Assembly (NCBI GenBank): GCA_019695335.1
Contig: JAIBAF010000003.1
Span: 51,307 to 115,306, forward strand
Reading direction: 5' to 3'
Length of the DNA: 64,000 nt
Source: a bacterium
Lineage (GTDB): Bacteria; CLD3; SB21
The first letter of the stretch is position 1. Every line of letters begins with the position of its first letter. The notes under the pieces were generated by a model. The model saw only the letters and a program-made list of their open reading frames with translations, made no database searches and was not told the DNA's origin. The position numbers and the translations under genes were made by a program. Below, piece after piece: positions 11,501 through 21,232 of this stretch.

Positions 11501-11598
11501 CCAGTCACACACCGGTCAAAGCTGAACAAAAAGTTGGCCGCAACGATCCATGCCCTTGCGGCAGCGGGAAAAAATATAAACATTGTCACGGCCGATAA
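8557..11598 (+). CDS. secA: Preprotein translocase ATPase SecA
   Basis: 1013 aa with DEAD-motor motifs ('MATGEGKTLVA', 'DEVDSVLIDEARTPLIISG') and a C-terminal zinc-binding tail 'CPCGSGKKYKHCHG'. Confidence 0.95.
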   Translation: MINLLLKTIFGDKHVRDIKKILPLVEEINRYDAEFEKLSDDELKQKTAEFKKKIKDNTVEEAAEVEKVRETIRSNADPNKAKDLIDSLKAAEKHLTDVERAVLDDILPEAFACVKQAMKRLKGQSWDVCGRQITWDMVPYDVQLIGGIVLHQGKISEMATGEGKTLVAVAPIYLNALTGRGVHLVTVNDYLALRDKEWMGRVYEYMGLTIGVILNDMNPQQRRVAYGCDITYGTNNEFGFDYLRDNMATSPDDVVQVRGHYYAIVDEVDSVLIDEARTPLIISGAVDAPTNQKYEEMNGAVKKLVDLQTRLVNQLVADGEKLAEAGDEKEAGKKFLMAMRGAPKNKRLMKAMKEEGIAALIQGTENEYLRDKKMHEIDEELYFAIDEKNHSIDLTEKGRNTLSPSNPETFVIPDLSDEIIKIDTNSGLSDHEKVIKKDELGKLYSERSDRIHSMEKLLTAYSLYEKDVEYVVQDGKVQIVDEFTGRILSGRRYSDGLHQAIEAKEGVKVERDTQTLATITLQNYFRLYSKLAGMTGTAVTESTEFWEIYKLDVTVIPTNRKIVRGDHEDQIYRTKREKYNAVVDLVSQNCKDGKPTLVGTTSVDVSETLSRMLTRKGVKHEVLNAKQNQREAEIVANAGRKFAVTIATNMAGRGTDIKLGDGIKELGGLQIIGTERHESRRIDLQLRGRSGRQGDPGASVFFISLEDDLMRLFGSERIARVMDRLGAEEGEVISHRWITKAVERAQKKVEMRNFSIRKRLLEYDNVMNQQREIIYSRRRRALMNENIKTEFLEIMDEFIELLFDKFTNKQQHPEDWDLDGLQEFLLRTCGIQISKEDFYSIRLEQFSEKLRSILDGRYETREQVWTSENMRRIERIAILKTIDERWKEHLREMEEFKEGIHLRGYGQKDPLIEYKTEGFDMFMQLLDRITTEAVEFVFRAEPVQEMEQQMIKRARAMKTVHASSDGMGYSGGGEQAQEQKAPSHTPVKAEQKVGRNDPCPCGSGKKYKHCHGR

Positions 11599-11616
11599 AA
11601 TTGCAATAAGAAAAAT

Positions 11617-12489
11617 ATGGTAATTCCAACAACGAACTTGAAAGAGTTCAAACTTTTTCGCCGAGGCAAGGTGCGGGATGTTTATGAAGTTGACGATAAA
11701 CTTCTCATTGTCGCAACCGATAGGATTTCTGCTTTTGACGTGATCATGCCGAATCCTGTTCCCCAGAAAGGCGAAATTCTGACTCAGATATCATTATATT
11801 GGTTCGGCCAAACCAAAGATATCGTGCCTAATCATCTGATAACTTCAGATGTCGAACAATATCCATCTGTATGTAAACCCTATTCGCAAATTTTGTCTCA
11901 GCGAAGTATGTTAGTTCACAAAACCAATCCACTTCCGGTTGAATGTATTGTTCGCGGCTACATTTCAGGCTCCGGCTGGAAAGAATATCAAAAAAATTCT
12001 ACGATTTGTGGAATTCCTCTGGGCAAAGGCTTAATGGAATCAGAAAAGCTGTCGGAACCGATTTTTACGCCATCAACAAAGGCGGAAAGTGGTCACGATC
12101 ATAATATTTCGTTTGAAAAGATAAAGCATTTGATTGGTCAGGAAACGGCTGAAAAAGTACGTGAGATGGCTTTAAAGATTTACGTCAGAGCGCAATCCAT
12201 TGCCGAGAAAAAGGGAATTATCATTGCCGACACAAAAATGGAATTCGGAATTAAAGATGGCGAAATTATTTTAATCGATGAACTGCTTACGCCTGACTCA
12301 TCCCGGTTCTGGCCGGCAGCTTTGTATAAGCCCGGAGGAAGTCAGCCGAGCTTTGATAAACAATTTTTGAGAGATTATCTGATCGCTATTCGTTGGGATA
12401 ATAATTCACCGGCGCCTCAATTACCCGACGAAATTATTATCAAAACTAAAGAGAAATATACAGAAGCTCTTCGTTTATTAACGCAATAA
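11617..12489 (+). CDS. purC: Phosphoribosylaminoimidazole-succinocarboxamide (SAICAR) synthase, long (~290 aa, yeast/Thermotoga-type) form
   Basis: '[27 protein letters not shown]' and 'ADTKMEFG' match long-form PurC. Confidence 0.85.
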   Translation: MVIPTTNLKEFKLFRRGKVRDVYEVDDKLLIVATDRISAFDVIMPNPVPQKGEILTQISLYWFGQTKDIVPNHLITSDVEQYPSVCKPYSQILSQRSMLVHKTNPLPVECIVRGYISGSGWKEYQKNSTICGIPLGKGLMESEKLSEPIFTPSTKAESGHDHNISFEKIKHLIGQETAEKVREMALKIYVRAQSIAEKKGIIIADTKMEFGIKDGEIILIDELLTPDSSRFWPAALYKPGGSQPSFDKQFLRDYLIAIRWDNNSPAPQLPDEIIIKTKEKYTEALRLLTQ

Positions 12490-12491
12490 AG

Positions 12492-12890
12492 CTATTCCAA
12501 TTTTTTCAGTAAAACCTTCCAAATAGCTTCCGGAACTGGGCCTACCGATAGCCGTGGCTGCCTCACAAGCTTCAGATCTTTAAATTGACTATCGGCCTTG
12601 ATCTCTTTTAATGTCACCGTTTTAGCAAATTTCTTTATCGCTTGGATCTCAATTACGGATAAATCAGCATGTTTGGGATCCGGATAGGCCGTAGAAACGG
12701 CTTCTGCCAAACCTACAATACATTTCTCGTCTCCGGTATGATAGATCATCAGTTGATCTCCTTTTTGCATGCTCCGAATATTGTGCAACGCATACGGATT
12801 TTTAACGCCATCCCATACAGTTTTTTTGTCACGAATGAGGTCATCAATAGAATAGGTCGATGGCTCGGTTTTTAATATCCAGTAATTCAT
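12492..12890 (-). CDS. EVE (PUA-like) domain protein
   Basis: 132 aa. 'MNYWILKTEPSTYSIDDL...VWDGVKNPYALHNIRSMQKGDQLMIYHTG...IVGLAEAVSTAYPDP' matches the EVE fold signature. Confidence 0.8.
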   Translation of the reverse strand: MNYWILKTEPSTYSIDDLIRDKKTVWDGVKNPYALHNIRSMQKGDQLMIYHTGDEKCIVGLAEAVSTAYPDPKHADLSVIEIQAIKKFAKTVTLKEIKADSQFKDLKLVRQPRLSVGPVPEAIWKVLLKKLE

Positions 12891-12908
12891 AAATTAACTC
12901 CATTTATT

Positions 12909-14474
12909 TTAAATAATAATATGTTTTAATGGTAACTGGATAAAGAAAGTTGTACCCAGATTCTGGACACTTTCAACATTGATTTGTCCGCGATGTTCTT
13001 CGATAATAGTTTTTACAATTGCAAGACCCAGCCCCATTCCGGTAGATTTAGTTGAGAAATGCGGCTCAAAAATCCGTCCAAGCAGGTCTTTTGGAATCCC
13101 TGTGCCATTATCGGCAACGGAGATATGAACGAACTCGCCTTTACAATACAACCGGATGACTATCTTACCATCATTTTTGGATGCTACTACCGAAGAAGCG
13201 TTTTCCAAAAGATTGATCAACACCCTTTTAATCGCTTCGATATCGGCTTCAATTGAAGGAATTTCATCCAACAATAGTTCTATAGGAATTTTTGCATATA
13301 GAGCTGAAACATCACGAACGACCTTTGTTAAATCTATCGATTTGAACGCCAAAACCGGCATTCTGGCAAATTCAGAGAATTCTTTGGTAAGATTTCTTAA
13401 ACTTTCAATTTCTTCTTGGACAATTTCATAACAATCGTTTAAAGTTTTCCTATAGCGCTCATCGTCGCCTTTATATGAATCTTTAAGCTGTTGAATAGTC
13501 AATTGAATAGGGGTGAGAGGGTTCTTGATTTCATGAGCCAGCCGTTGCGCGATTTCCCGCCATGTGGACATTTTTTCGAGAAAAAGCAGCCGCTGCTGTT
13601 GTTGTTTGATATCCAAAACCATGCGATTAAACGAATTCGTCAATTTTCCTATTTCATCTTGACGGGATTCTATAGCGATTTGGTAATCCCAATTACCTTT
13701 GGAAATTTGATCGGTACCATAAACCAGTTCTTGAATTGGCCGTGTCATCGTCGAAGAAAAAAACACGGCAATGCCGATTGAAACGGCTATAATCAGTAAA
13801 TAAACTGTTAAAAATGCGAATAAAAAGCTGCGTGTAATTGCATCACGCTCAAGTCCGAACGTTTTGTAGAACTGGAAAACCGCCAAGATATTCTCTGATT
13901 GTTTGGTAAAATCGGATTTAAGTTGGACCACACTCAATAAAATCCCTGGCTTTTGATTTGCCGTCAAAAAGGGCAGCCCGGTCAAAATAATCTGCCCATC
14001 TTCACGGTATTCCGATAGTATAATTTGACTTTCAAGTGCATCCTTAAACAATGCTCGGTCGTTTAATACTTGAGTAATACTATTGTCATTGGAATATATA
14101 AAAATTAACTGATCGGCATCTCGCACAGCAATCCCATCAAATTTAAAAGCGTTTGATTTTAATGATTCATAAAGCCGTCGAGATTCAGTTCGATTATCAA
14201 TTTTAGTGTTCGTAACGGTGACAAGAAACCGGCGTACGTCGGAAGCTTGCATAAGCTGACGTGTATTTTCCAGGCAAATTTTTTTTTCATTTTGCAGTAT
14301 AGTTCTGGAGAGTTTGACTCCGTCTTCTAACGCCAGTTCCATCCTTCGGCTAAAGCCAAGATTGAAAACCTTTTCCATCATGCTTTGGAACAAAAACGAG
14401 AGGGGAATCGCCGGAAAAAGGGAAAGAAAAATAAACGCGGCGATCAACCGGTTTTTGAGTTTTTGAAAAATCAT
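12909..14474 (-). CDS. Sensor histidine kinase (2 TM, periplasmic domain, HAMP, HisKA, HATPase_c)
   Basis: H-box 'AHEIKNPLTPIQL' and a C-terminal 'DNGTGIP...GMGLGLAIVKTII'. The start overlaps the upstream gene by 4 nt. Confidence 0.85.
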   Translation of the reverse strand: MIFQKLKNRLIAAFIFLSLFPAIPLSFLFQSMMEKVFNLGFSRRMELALEDGVKLSRTILQNEKKICLENTRQLMQASDVRRFLVTVTNTKIDNRTESRRLYESLKSNAFKFDGIAVRDADQLIFIYSNDNSITQVLNDRALFKDALESQIILSEYREDGQIILTGLPFLTANQKPGILLSVVQLKSDFTKQSENILAVFQFYKTFGLERDAITRSFLFAFLTVYLLIIAVSIGIAVFFSSTMTRPIQELVYGTDQISKGNWDYQIAIESRQDEIGKLTNSFNRMVLDIKQQQQRLLFLEKMSTWREIAQRLAHEIKNPLTPIQLTIQQLKDSYKGDDERYRKTLNDCYEIVQEEIESLRNLTKEFSEFARMPVLAFKSIDLTKVVRDVSALYAKIPIELLLDEIPSIEADIEAIKRVLINLLENASSVVASKNDGKIVIRLYCKGEFVHISVADNGTGIPKDLLGRIFEPHFSTKSTGMGLGLAIVKTIIEEHRGQINVESVQNLGTTFFIQLPLKHIII

Positions 14475-15109
14475 TGGCGAGGTAATTCAGATAATTTAAA
14501 ACTTTGAGAATTAAACCAGCCGCTCTTTTTAGATTTGCTTGAGCCGAAAAAGAACTGAAGCAGACCGGACAAACTAAAGTGAAGCTCTTTACCGGAATTT
14601 TCATCCAGTGAACTTTCTTCCGTATCGTTTAGCCATTCCCAGAATGTACGCTCCTGTTCCGATCCGATTTGTTTAATTAAAATTCGCAATCGAATCGTAT
14701 AAGTTCGTTCATAATTCAATGTTGCAGAATTAGTTATATCGATATTCTGCACCTGTCGCATGTATGACTGTAACGAATCAAACGATGGAAACTTTTTTTC
14801 AGATGTCTCATTATGTAATGAAAATACTTCATCCCAAACATCGTAATGAATCTTCAATGCGCGATCGCCTCGGAGAATGTCAGAGTTTCCATCAGTTAAT
14901 ACCCAGTTTAAAGACATATCCATAGGTAACCCGCTCAAAATAGTTCCAGTAACTTTTTCGTTGAAAAAATTGTCCAAGCTGACGTCAAACTGTAACCGGT
15001 CATTACGAAGAAACGGTTTGATAGCGTTGACTTGTCCGTATAGAAAAGTTGCCGTTATGTTAAGCGCGATAATAATCGAAAAATAAATTTTTGAATATGA
15101 TTTCATCAA
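14471..15109 (-). CDS. Hypothetical secreted protein, co-operonic with the kinase (possibly DUF4390-like)
   Basis: Has an N-terminal signal peptide. There are 4-nt overlaps with both neighbours. No catalytic motif was recognised. Confidence 0.6.
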   Translation of the reverse strand: MMKSYSKIYFSIIIALNITATFLYGQVNAIKPFLRNDRLQFDVSLDNFFNEKVTGTILSGLPMDMSLNWVLTDGNSDILRGDRALKIHYDVWDEVFSLHNETSEKKFPSFDSLQSYMRQVQNIDITNSATLNYERTYTIRLRILIKQIGSEQERTFWEWLNDTEESSLDENSGKELHFSLSGLLQFFFGSSKSKKSGWFNSQSFKLSELPRQ

Positions 15110-16524
15110 AAAGTATACCCAAGAAAAAAGTGTAAAGTAAAATCGTCAACCAGTTCTTTGCGGCTTGAGCGTGTCAAAGGAAATCCCATGTCGAGACCGA
15201 CGACATTGATCACAGGGATTTTCGCCCGAAACCCGAATCCAGTGCCAACAGCCACATGATTATTGAATTTAATTTCCTGATTGCTCGACCAATTATTACC
15301 GACATCCATGAAAATAATTCCTGTTAAAAAGTTTTGTGGGAATTTATTTCCAATTAGCGGAATCCGATACTCGCTATTGACGATATAAAATTTATTGGCG
15401 CCTTCGGCCGGTGAAAGACTGTAGTTTAAATATCCGCGTAAAGAGTTGGTTCCTCCTAGATAATAATTTTCGTAAAAAGGAACGCGCGTCAGGAAATCGG
15501 TTTTTTGCATGATGTAAGCACCGCGAAATCTCATAGCAAAAGTTTGTGCGCGATAAGTTCTAAAATAGCGGCGATAATCCAATTCGTATTTGATAAAACT
15601 ATAATCACTGCCAAATGCTTTAGACGAAATATCTACGCCAATTTTAGTCCATTTTCCTCGTGTTGGTTGAATGCGGTTGTCACGGGTATCTCGGTACCAA
15701 TACACATCAAAACTTGAGAAAAAATGTTTTTGAATGACGCGCTGAATGGCTCGGGGCAACAGTTCGTATGTCAAATCCAACCGATTGCTTGCAAATAATG
15801 CATTGGCGCCCGAATCGGCTTTGACGGAGGCCATTCTGAATTCTATAAATAAACCCCGTGTGATGATTTTTGAAAAATCGAAAGTAATAGAGCCACCGAG
15901 TCGCCGGAGTCCGTGAATATAACTTTGCAACTTTTTACGAGTTGTGTCAGGCGGAGTAGAGTAATACACTAATCCGCGTTTTTCAATAAAAGCTTTGACT
16001 GAATATGGAAGTCGACTGGTGTTAAAACCATTGTTGGCATATTCCATGTATAAGCCGCTCACGTTCCCACCAACAACACTTCCGATATGGCCTCCGATTC
16101 GAAAATCAAATTTCAGTTGTTCACCGCTACGACTAAAAACATTTTGCCGAATACCGATCGGCGTTACTGTCCATCCATCCATATCATATAAACCTGCCGC
16201 AAAAATCACATAAGGAAATTTCTGCTTTTCAGCATCGATAGTGAGAACCACTTGTCCTTTTCCGGATCCGGGTTGTGGCAAAATTTGAACGTTTTTAAAA
16301 AAACCACTGCTTTTTAGGCGAGATTGCGCGATTTGCAACTTTTCAACATCAAGCGGGGAATTGAGGCTCAGGCCTGTTAATTGGGCAAGCAATTGATCAG
16401 ACAAGTGACCTACCGCCGGAAATCGTATTGATTCGATTTTCAGGACACGTTCAGTCGTATCAAGCTGTGAAAAAACAGATTGGCCGCTGATCATCAGGAA
16501 AAAAAATAAAAAGATTTTTTTCAT
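15106..16524 (-). CDS. Omp85/BamA-superfamily outer-membrane beta-barrel protein (single POTRA plus surface-antigen barrel)
   Basis: Signal peptide, POTRA-like N-terminus, barrel region 'FYLGGTNSLRGY', and a C-terminal aromatic 'FFLGYTF'. Confidence 0.7.
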   Translation of the reverse strand: MKKIFLFFFLMISGQSVFSQLDTTERVLKIESIRFPAVGHLSDQLLAQLTGLSLNSPLDVEKLQIAQSRLKSSGFFKNVQILPQPGSGKGQVVLTIDAEKQKFPYVIFAAGLYDMDGWTVTPIGIRQNVFSRSGEQLKFDFRIGGHIGSVVGGNVSGLYMEYANNGFNTSRLPYSVKAFIEKRGLVYYSTPPDTTRKKLQSYIHGLRRLGGSITFDFSKIITRGLFIEFRMASVKADSGANALFASNRLDLTYELLPRAIQRVIQKHFFSSFDVYWYRDTRDNRIQPTRGKWTKIGVDISSKAFGSDYSFIKYELDYRRYFRTYRAQTFAMRFRGAYIMQKTDFLTRVPFYENYYLGGTNSLRGYLNYSLSPAEGANKFYIVNSEYRIPLIGNKFPQNFLTGIIFMDVGNNWSSNQEIKFNNHVAVGTGFGFRAKIPVINVVGLDMGFPLTRSSRKELVDDFTLHFFLGYTF

Positions 16525-16525
16525 T

Positions 16526-17185
16526 TTAACGTGAAATGGTTACACCTTTGCGCGCACAATATTTTTTTACTTTGCAATTACTGCATAGCGGGGACACGGG
16601 TTTACAATGATTTTGTCCGAAAGCAACGAGTAGATCGTTATATTTTAACCAATATTTTACCGGTAATTTTTTCCTTAATGCCATTTCGCTATCATCAGGA
16701 ATTTTGGTCTTAATATAGCCGAACCGGTTAGAAATTCGATGGACATGTGTATCAACGCACATGGCCGGCTTATTATAACCCAGAATCAACACGAGATTGG
16801 CCGTTTTCCGGCCCACACCTTTAAATTTTAATAATTCATCAATTGTATCCGGAACTCGTCCTTGATACTCGTCAAGAAGCTTCCTGCAAATATTCAAAAT
16901 TTCTTTGGATTTATTGCGATAAAAGGCAACAGGATAGATGAGTTTCTGAATTTCTTCTTCAGACAACTTCAGCATGTTTATGGGATTTCCTGCAATTTTA
17001 AATAGCCTTAGGCTAGCTTGTTCAGTCACTTGATCTTTAGTTCGCAAACTTAATACTGTGGAAATCAAAACGCGAAATGGCGATTGTTCGTCATTGGCAA
17101 TTACGCTGACCACCGGTAATTTCCATTTTGTTGCTTCTTTTTCAATGATCGACAATACACGGTTAATATTTGAATTTGTGACCAT
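16526..17185 (-). CDS. nth: Endonuclease III (DNA-(apurinic or apyrimidinic site) lyase)
   Basis: HhH-GPD motif '[13 protein letters not shown]' plus the 4Fe-4S cluster '[17 protein letters not shown]'. Confidence 0.9.
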   Translation of the reverse strand: MVTNSNINRVLSIIEKEATKWKLPVVSVIANDEQSPFRVLISTVLSLRTKDQVTEQASLRLFKIAGNPINMLKLSEEEIQKLIYPVAFYRNKSKEILNICRKLLDEYQGRVPDTIDELLKFKGVGRKTANLVLILGYNKPAMCVDTHVHRISNRFGYIKTKIPDDSEMALRKKLPVKYWLKYNDLLVAFGQNHCKPVSPLCSNCKVKKYCARKGVTISR

Positions 17186-17389
17186 TTTTGTTCTTTATTT
17201 GTGCGATTAGGTATTGCAAACGAGTAAATATTTAGTTATCATTTGCGGTTCACAAGATATTATTTTTTGAATGACAAAACAAGAAGTTTAAGTCGAAGAA
17301 AACTAATTTATTAGGAAATTTTTGCTGAATTTCTTGGGTTATTTAACTTGAATCTATATTCAAATTCCTGATCTTGGAGGTTGTATATC

Positions 17390-19399
17390 ATGTCTGAAAA
17401 TTCTGTTTCGAAAGTTTCGAAAACAGAAAGTACCTACGATCAAACGATCGCTATTACTCCTTCAAGTTCCTATGATCTTAGTGCCGCTGAACGACTCACG
17501 CCCAAAATAACTTACCCTACGGACATTCCTGCCAATGAACTCCTTTTATATCGTATAGGATTCTACACCGTTTTGATGTTAGGTTTGCTCATTTTAGCGT
17601 TCACACTCAATGGCTTTTACTTGTCGGAAAGGATGGTGTGGAACACATATATTGGCCCTGTTAATGTTGGTGGCAAAACAATTTCTGAAGCCCGGAACAT
17701 GCTTGAAGACTATTTAAATGAATTTAAGCAGGCCAATATACCTCTCCGTACTAATAAAGGCGTTTTTATTGTCAGCAATGCCGGTTTTGGGACAACTTAC
17801 GACATTGAATCGGCCTTGATCAAGGCATACAAAAAAGGACATGATGAACATTTCTGGCCAAACCAACGTAAACGACTCTCATCTTTTTTTTCTTCACAGA
17901 CCATTCAACCCCAACATTGGTTTGATATAAATCGTTTTACTCGACTGATTACCAATAGCATTCCGGCTTTAAAATATAACCAGCCAACGGATGCTACGGT
18001 CAGTTATGTTAATAAAGAATTTGTAGTTGTACCTGGAACGGATGGATTAGGGTTTGATGAAGAAGCGGCAGTCAAACAGTATGAACAAATGCTTTCAGCT
18101 ATCCAATCGGCGGATCTTAATATCGAAATTAAAGATCGGACAGCTGATATTGATGTTGAAATTGCCGAATCTGCCCGAAAACTTGTGAATTCTATGAGCC
18201 GCAGGCATTTAGTCATGATGTATTCGTACGACGGATACAATTATGACCGATGGTCTTTGTCGCTCAGAGAGTCTCGCGATTGGTTTGAATTCAAAAAAAT
18301 CAAAGAAATGGGCAATGCTAATCTCTATCCTGTTTTAAAAAATGACAAATTGCGCGCTCATTTGAATAAACGCATCGCTCCATACATGTATCTCGCTAAA
18401 GAAGACATTACAATAAAAAACGTAAACGGCAAACCTGTTGCTGAAGGGGTTGCCAAAGACGGTTATTATCTTGATGTAAGAAAATCAGTTAATGCTATCA
18501 ACGACTCTCTGATGGCCAACAGGATCGATACGGTTGGTAATTATGCTGTGATGCTTGAAGTTGCACATTTGATTGGCGGAGTATCTAATCCGGATAATGA
18601 ATTTAATATTTCAGACGTACTGGCAACTGGCGTAACGGATTTTTTTGGTTCGCCACAAAATCGAAAATTTAATATTGGTCATGCGGCGAAAAATTTTCAG
18701 AACTTAGTTCTGCATCCGGGTGAACGATTTTCGTTTATAAAACAAATGGGGATCGTCGATAGTACTACCGGTTATTTAAAAGAATTAGTCATCGTCAATG
18801 GAGATAGTACAGAACCCCAATATGGAGGCGGCATTTGTCAGGTTTCCAGTACACTTTTCAGGACTGTCTTTTTTGCAGGCTTAGATATTGTAAATCGCAT
18901 TAATCACTCGTTCGAAGTGAAGTATTATCGACCGGTTGGTCTAGATGCCACAATTTTTGATCCCTCACCAGATCTTATATTCAAAAATGATACGGAAAAC
19001 TTGATTTTAATACAGAACTATGTCGATATAAAACGTACTAAACTTTATTTTAAAATTTTTGGTAAAAAAGACGGACGTAAGGCCAGCTTTGAAGGACCTG
19101 TTTATGACGGTTTAGTTGGAGAAAAACAAGAACATTACCGTTACACATGGTTCCGTCACATCGAATATAAAGATGGAAAACAGATTACAGAAAAATATCC
19201 GTCCGTATATCGAAACAAAGATCTTGTCAAAAAACACAATCCTTCTGCCGATTCACTGGCAAAAGTAATGGCAGACTCATTAGCCAAAGTTTTTGCCGAT
19301 TCAGTATCAGCGGCTAGGGACGATTCGCTCAAATCTCAAATCGAAAAATCAAATGAGACGCCCGACGATGAAGAATTGGAGAATTCTCAAACGCCGTAG
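17390..19399 (+). CDS. VanW-family protein with an N-terminal membrane anchor
   Basis: VanW core 'FIKQMGIVDSTTGYLKELVIVNGDSTEPQYGGGICQVSSTLFRTVFFAGLDIVNRINHS'. GGAGG lies 9 nt upstream of the ATG at 17390; the track start at 17381 is a TTG. The C-terminus carries 'ADSLAKVMADSLAKVFADS' repeats. Confidence 0.8.
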   Translation: MSENSVSKVSKTESTYDQTIAITPSSSYDLSAAERLTPKITYPTDIPANELLLYRIGFYTVLMLGLLILAFTLNGFYLSERMVWNTYIGPVNVGGKTISEARNMLEDYLNEFKQANIPLRTNKGVFIVSNAGFGTTYDIESALIKAYKKGHDEHFWPNQRKRLSSFFSSQTIQPQHWFDINRFTRLITNSIPALKYNQPTDATVSYVNKEFVVVPGTDGLGFDEEAAVKQYEQMLSAIQSADLNIEIKDRTADIDVEIAESARKLVNSMSRRHLVMMYSYDGYNYDRWSLSLRESRDWFEFKKIKEMGNANLYPVLKNDKLRAHLNKRIAPYMYLAKEDITIKNVNGKPVAEGVAKDGYYLDVRKSVNAINDSLMANRIDTVGNYAVMLEVAHLIGGVSNPDNEFNISDVLATGVTDFFGSPQNRKFNIGHAAKNFQNLVLHPGERFSFIKQMGIVDSTTGYLKELVIVNGDSTEPQYGGGICQVSSTLFRTVFFAGLDIVNRINHSFEVKYYRPVGLDATIFDPSPDLIFKNDTENLILIQNYVDIKRTKLYFKIFGKKDGRKASFEGPVYDGLVGEKQEHYRYTWFRHIEYKDGKQITEKYPSVYRNKDLVKKHNPSADSLAKVMADSLAKVFADSVSAARDDSLKSQIEKSNETPDDEELENSQTP

Positions 19400-20493
19400 T
19401 CTTCAAATATGCGGGCAATTATCTGCTGATTGGCTTTAGGGAATGCAAAGCGTGTAAGCTCGCTGATCGATACCCACCTGAGTTTTGTTTCCTTCCGGTT
19501 TTTTAATTTTCCAAAAGTATGTCGTGCATAAAAAAAGTGCAGCATGATCGAATAATGGGAATAATGGTGTTTAAACGACACAATCGGCTTAGTTATTCGG
19601 ACGGTTATACCTGTTTCTTCTTCAACTTCACGAATACACGCTTGCTCGATAGATTCATCTTCCTTTTTTTTCCCTCCTGGAAACTCCCATAAATTGCCTA
19701 AAATAACATTATCGGGGCGTTTTGCGATCAGAATCTTACCGTTTTTTATAATAACAGCGACCGCAATGTGTTTGATTTCTCCTCTGATTTTCTTTTTCTT
19801 TTTTGGTAAAATTGAAGGATCGTCCATCTCTCTAAAAGCGCGACATTCAAGTTTCCAACAACATTTCGAACAAAGCGGTTTAGCCGGTTTACAAACTAAT
19901 GCACCCAATTCCATCAACGACTGATTGAAATCCGATGCTTTTCCTTCAGGGATCAATTCCTGAATAAAAGGTGTAATAACTTTTTTGACGATCGTTGAAT
20001 CCAATAATCTGGTTATTTTCAACAGGCGAGAAGCCACTCTGATGACATTCCCGTCAACGGCCGGATAAGATTTGTTATAGGCAATGCTCAATACAGAACC
20101 CGTAGTATAAGTGCCAAAACCAGGCAATTTGCTTAAAAGTTCATAATCATCCGGAATGTTCCCGTAATATTTTGCAACGATAATCTTGGCTGCATTATGA
20201 AGATATTTGGCGCGTCGGTAATATCCCATACCTTCCCAGATTTTCATGACGTCATCAAGTTCAGCATTAGCCAATGAATACACATCAGGAAAACGCTTTA
20301 AAAAGCGTTGATAATAGGGGATGACCTGATCGACCTGAGTTTGCTGCAACATTAGCTCAGAAATCCAAATGGCATACGGATCTCTTGTTTTACGCCAAGG
20401 CAAATCACGCTTATTAGATTTAAACCACGTTAAAATTTTTTTTTGGAGTGTTTTTCTTTTTTTAAGGATCTCCGACGTGTACTGTTTGCTCAT
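19387..20493 (-). CDS. mutY: A/G-specific adenine DNA glycosylase MutY with a C-terminal NUDIX-like domain
   Basis: 'LMLQQTQVDQVIPYYQRFLKRFP' and an Fe-S cluster 'CKPAKPLCSKCCWKLEC' (C-x6-C-x2-C-x5-C). It overlaps the vanW 3' end convergently by 13 nt. Confidence 0.9.
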   Translation of the reverse strand: MSKQYTSEILKKRKTLQKKILTWFKSNKRDLPWRKTRDPYAIWISELMLQQTQVDQVIPYYQRFLKRFPDVYSLANAELDDVMKIWEGMGYYRRAKYLHNAAKIIVAKYYGNIPDDYELLSKLPGFGTYTTGSVLSIAYNKSYPAVDGNVIRVASRLLKITRLLDSTIVKKVITPFIQELIPEGKASDFNQSLMELGALVCKPAKPLCSKCCWKLECRAFREMDDPSILPKKKKKIRGEIKHIAVAVIIKNGKILIAKRPDNVILGNLWEFPGGKKKEDESIEQACIREVEEETGITVRITKPIVSFKHHYSHYSIMLHFFYARHTFGKLKNRKETKLRWVSISELTRFAFPKANQQIIARIFEDYGV

Positions 20494-20654
20494 AATAAAA
20501 TTTGAATTTGATTGTACTTTTGCTGAACGAATTGGTACGACAGGTGACGTTTTAATATTGATATTGGAGGTGTGTTTGCCTATATTTTTTTAATTCGAAC
20601 ATTTTACAAATTCTAGACTAAGAATACCAATAAAAATCTTACCTATGGAATTTT

Positions 20655-21212
20655 ATGATCTTAACTGATGCTCAAATACTTTCGGAAATGGAGAAAAAAA
20701 GGATCCTTATCGAACCGTTTCGACGTGAATGCCTTGGCTCTAACAGTTATGATGTTCATCTCGGAAAGCATCTCGCTGTATATGAAGACGATGTTCTGGA
20801 TTGCAAAAAAGATAATGCCATTCGGCATTTTGAAATTCCGGAAGACGGTTTTTTGTTATTGCCTACCAAACTTTATCTGGGCGTGACCGAAGAATACACC
20901 GAAACTCACGCTCATGTTCCTTTTTTGGAAGGAAAATCCAGTATTGGAAGATTGGGAATTGATATTCATGCTACAGCTGGAAAGGGCGATGTTGGCTATT
21001 GCAATACTTGGACGCTTGAAATTTCGGTCCGCCAGCCGGTAAAAATATATGCCGGAATGCCCATTGGCCAATTAATCTATTTTGAAGTATCCGGCAATAT
21101 TGAAATGCCATATAACCGAAAAGATTCTGCTAAATACAATGAACGTACTGTGAAACCGATCAGCTCTAGGATGTTCAGGAATTTTAACCCACAATCCAAC
21201 CGATGGAAGTAA
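20655..21212 (+). CDS. dcd: dCTP deaminase
   Basis: 185 aa. 'GSNSYDVHLG' and 'GKSSIGRLGIDIH' align along the length with E. coli Dcd. Confidence 0.9.
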   Translation: MILTDAQILSEMEKKRILIEPFRRECLGSNSYDVHLGKHLAVYEDDVLDCKKDNAIRHFEIPEDGFLLLPTKLYLGVTEEYTETHAHVPFLEGKSSIGRLGIDIHATAGKGDVGYCNTWTLEISVRQPVKIYAGMPIGQLIYFEVSGNIEMPYNRKDSAKYNERTVKPISSRMFRNFNPQSNRWK

Positions 21213-21232
21213 TAACATAGAACAGCTCTGCT

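Noticed and set aside
11440-11598. Cys/His-rich SecA C-terminus 'CPCGSGKKYKHCHG'
   Set aside because: This is the standard SecB/zinc-binding tail of SecA, not a separate feature.
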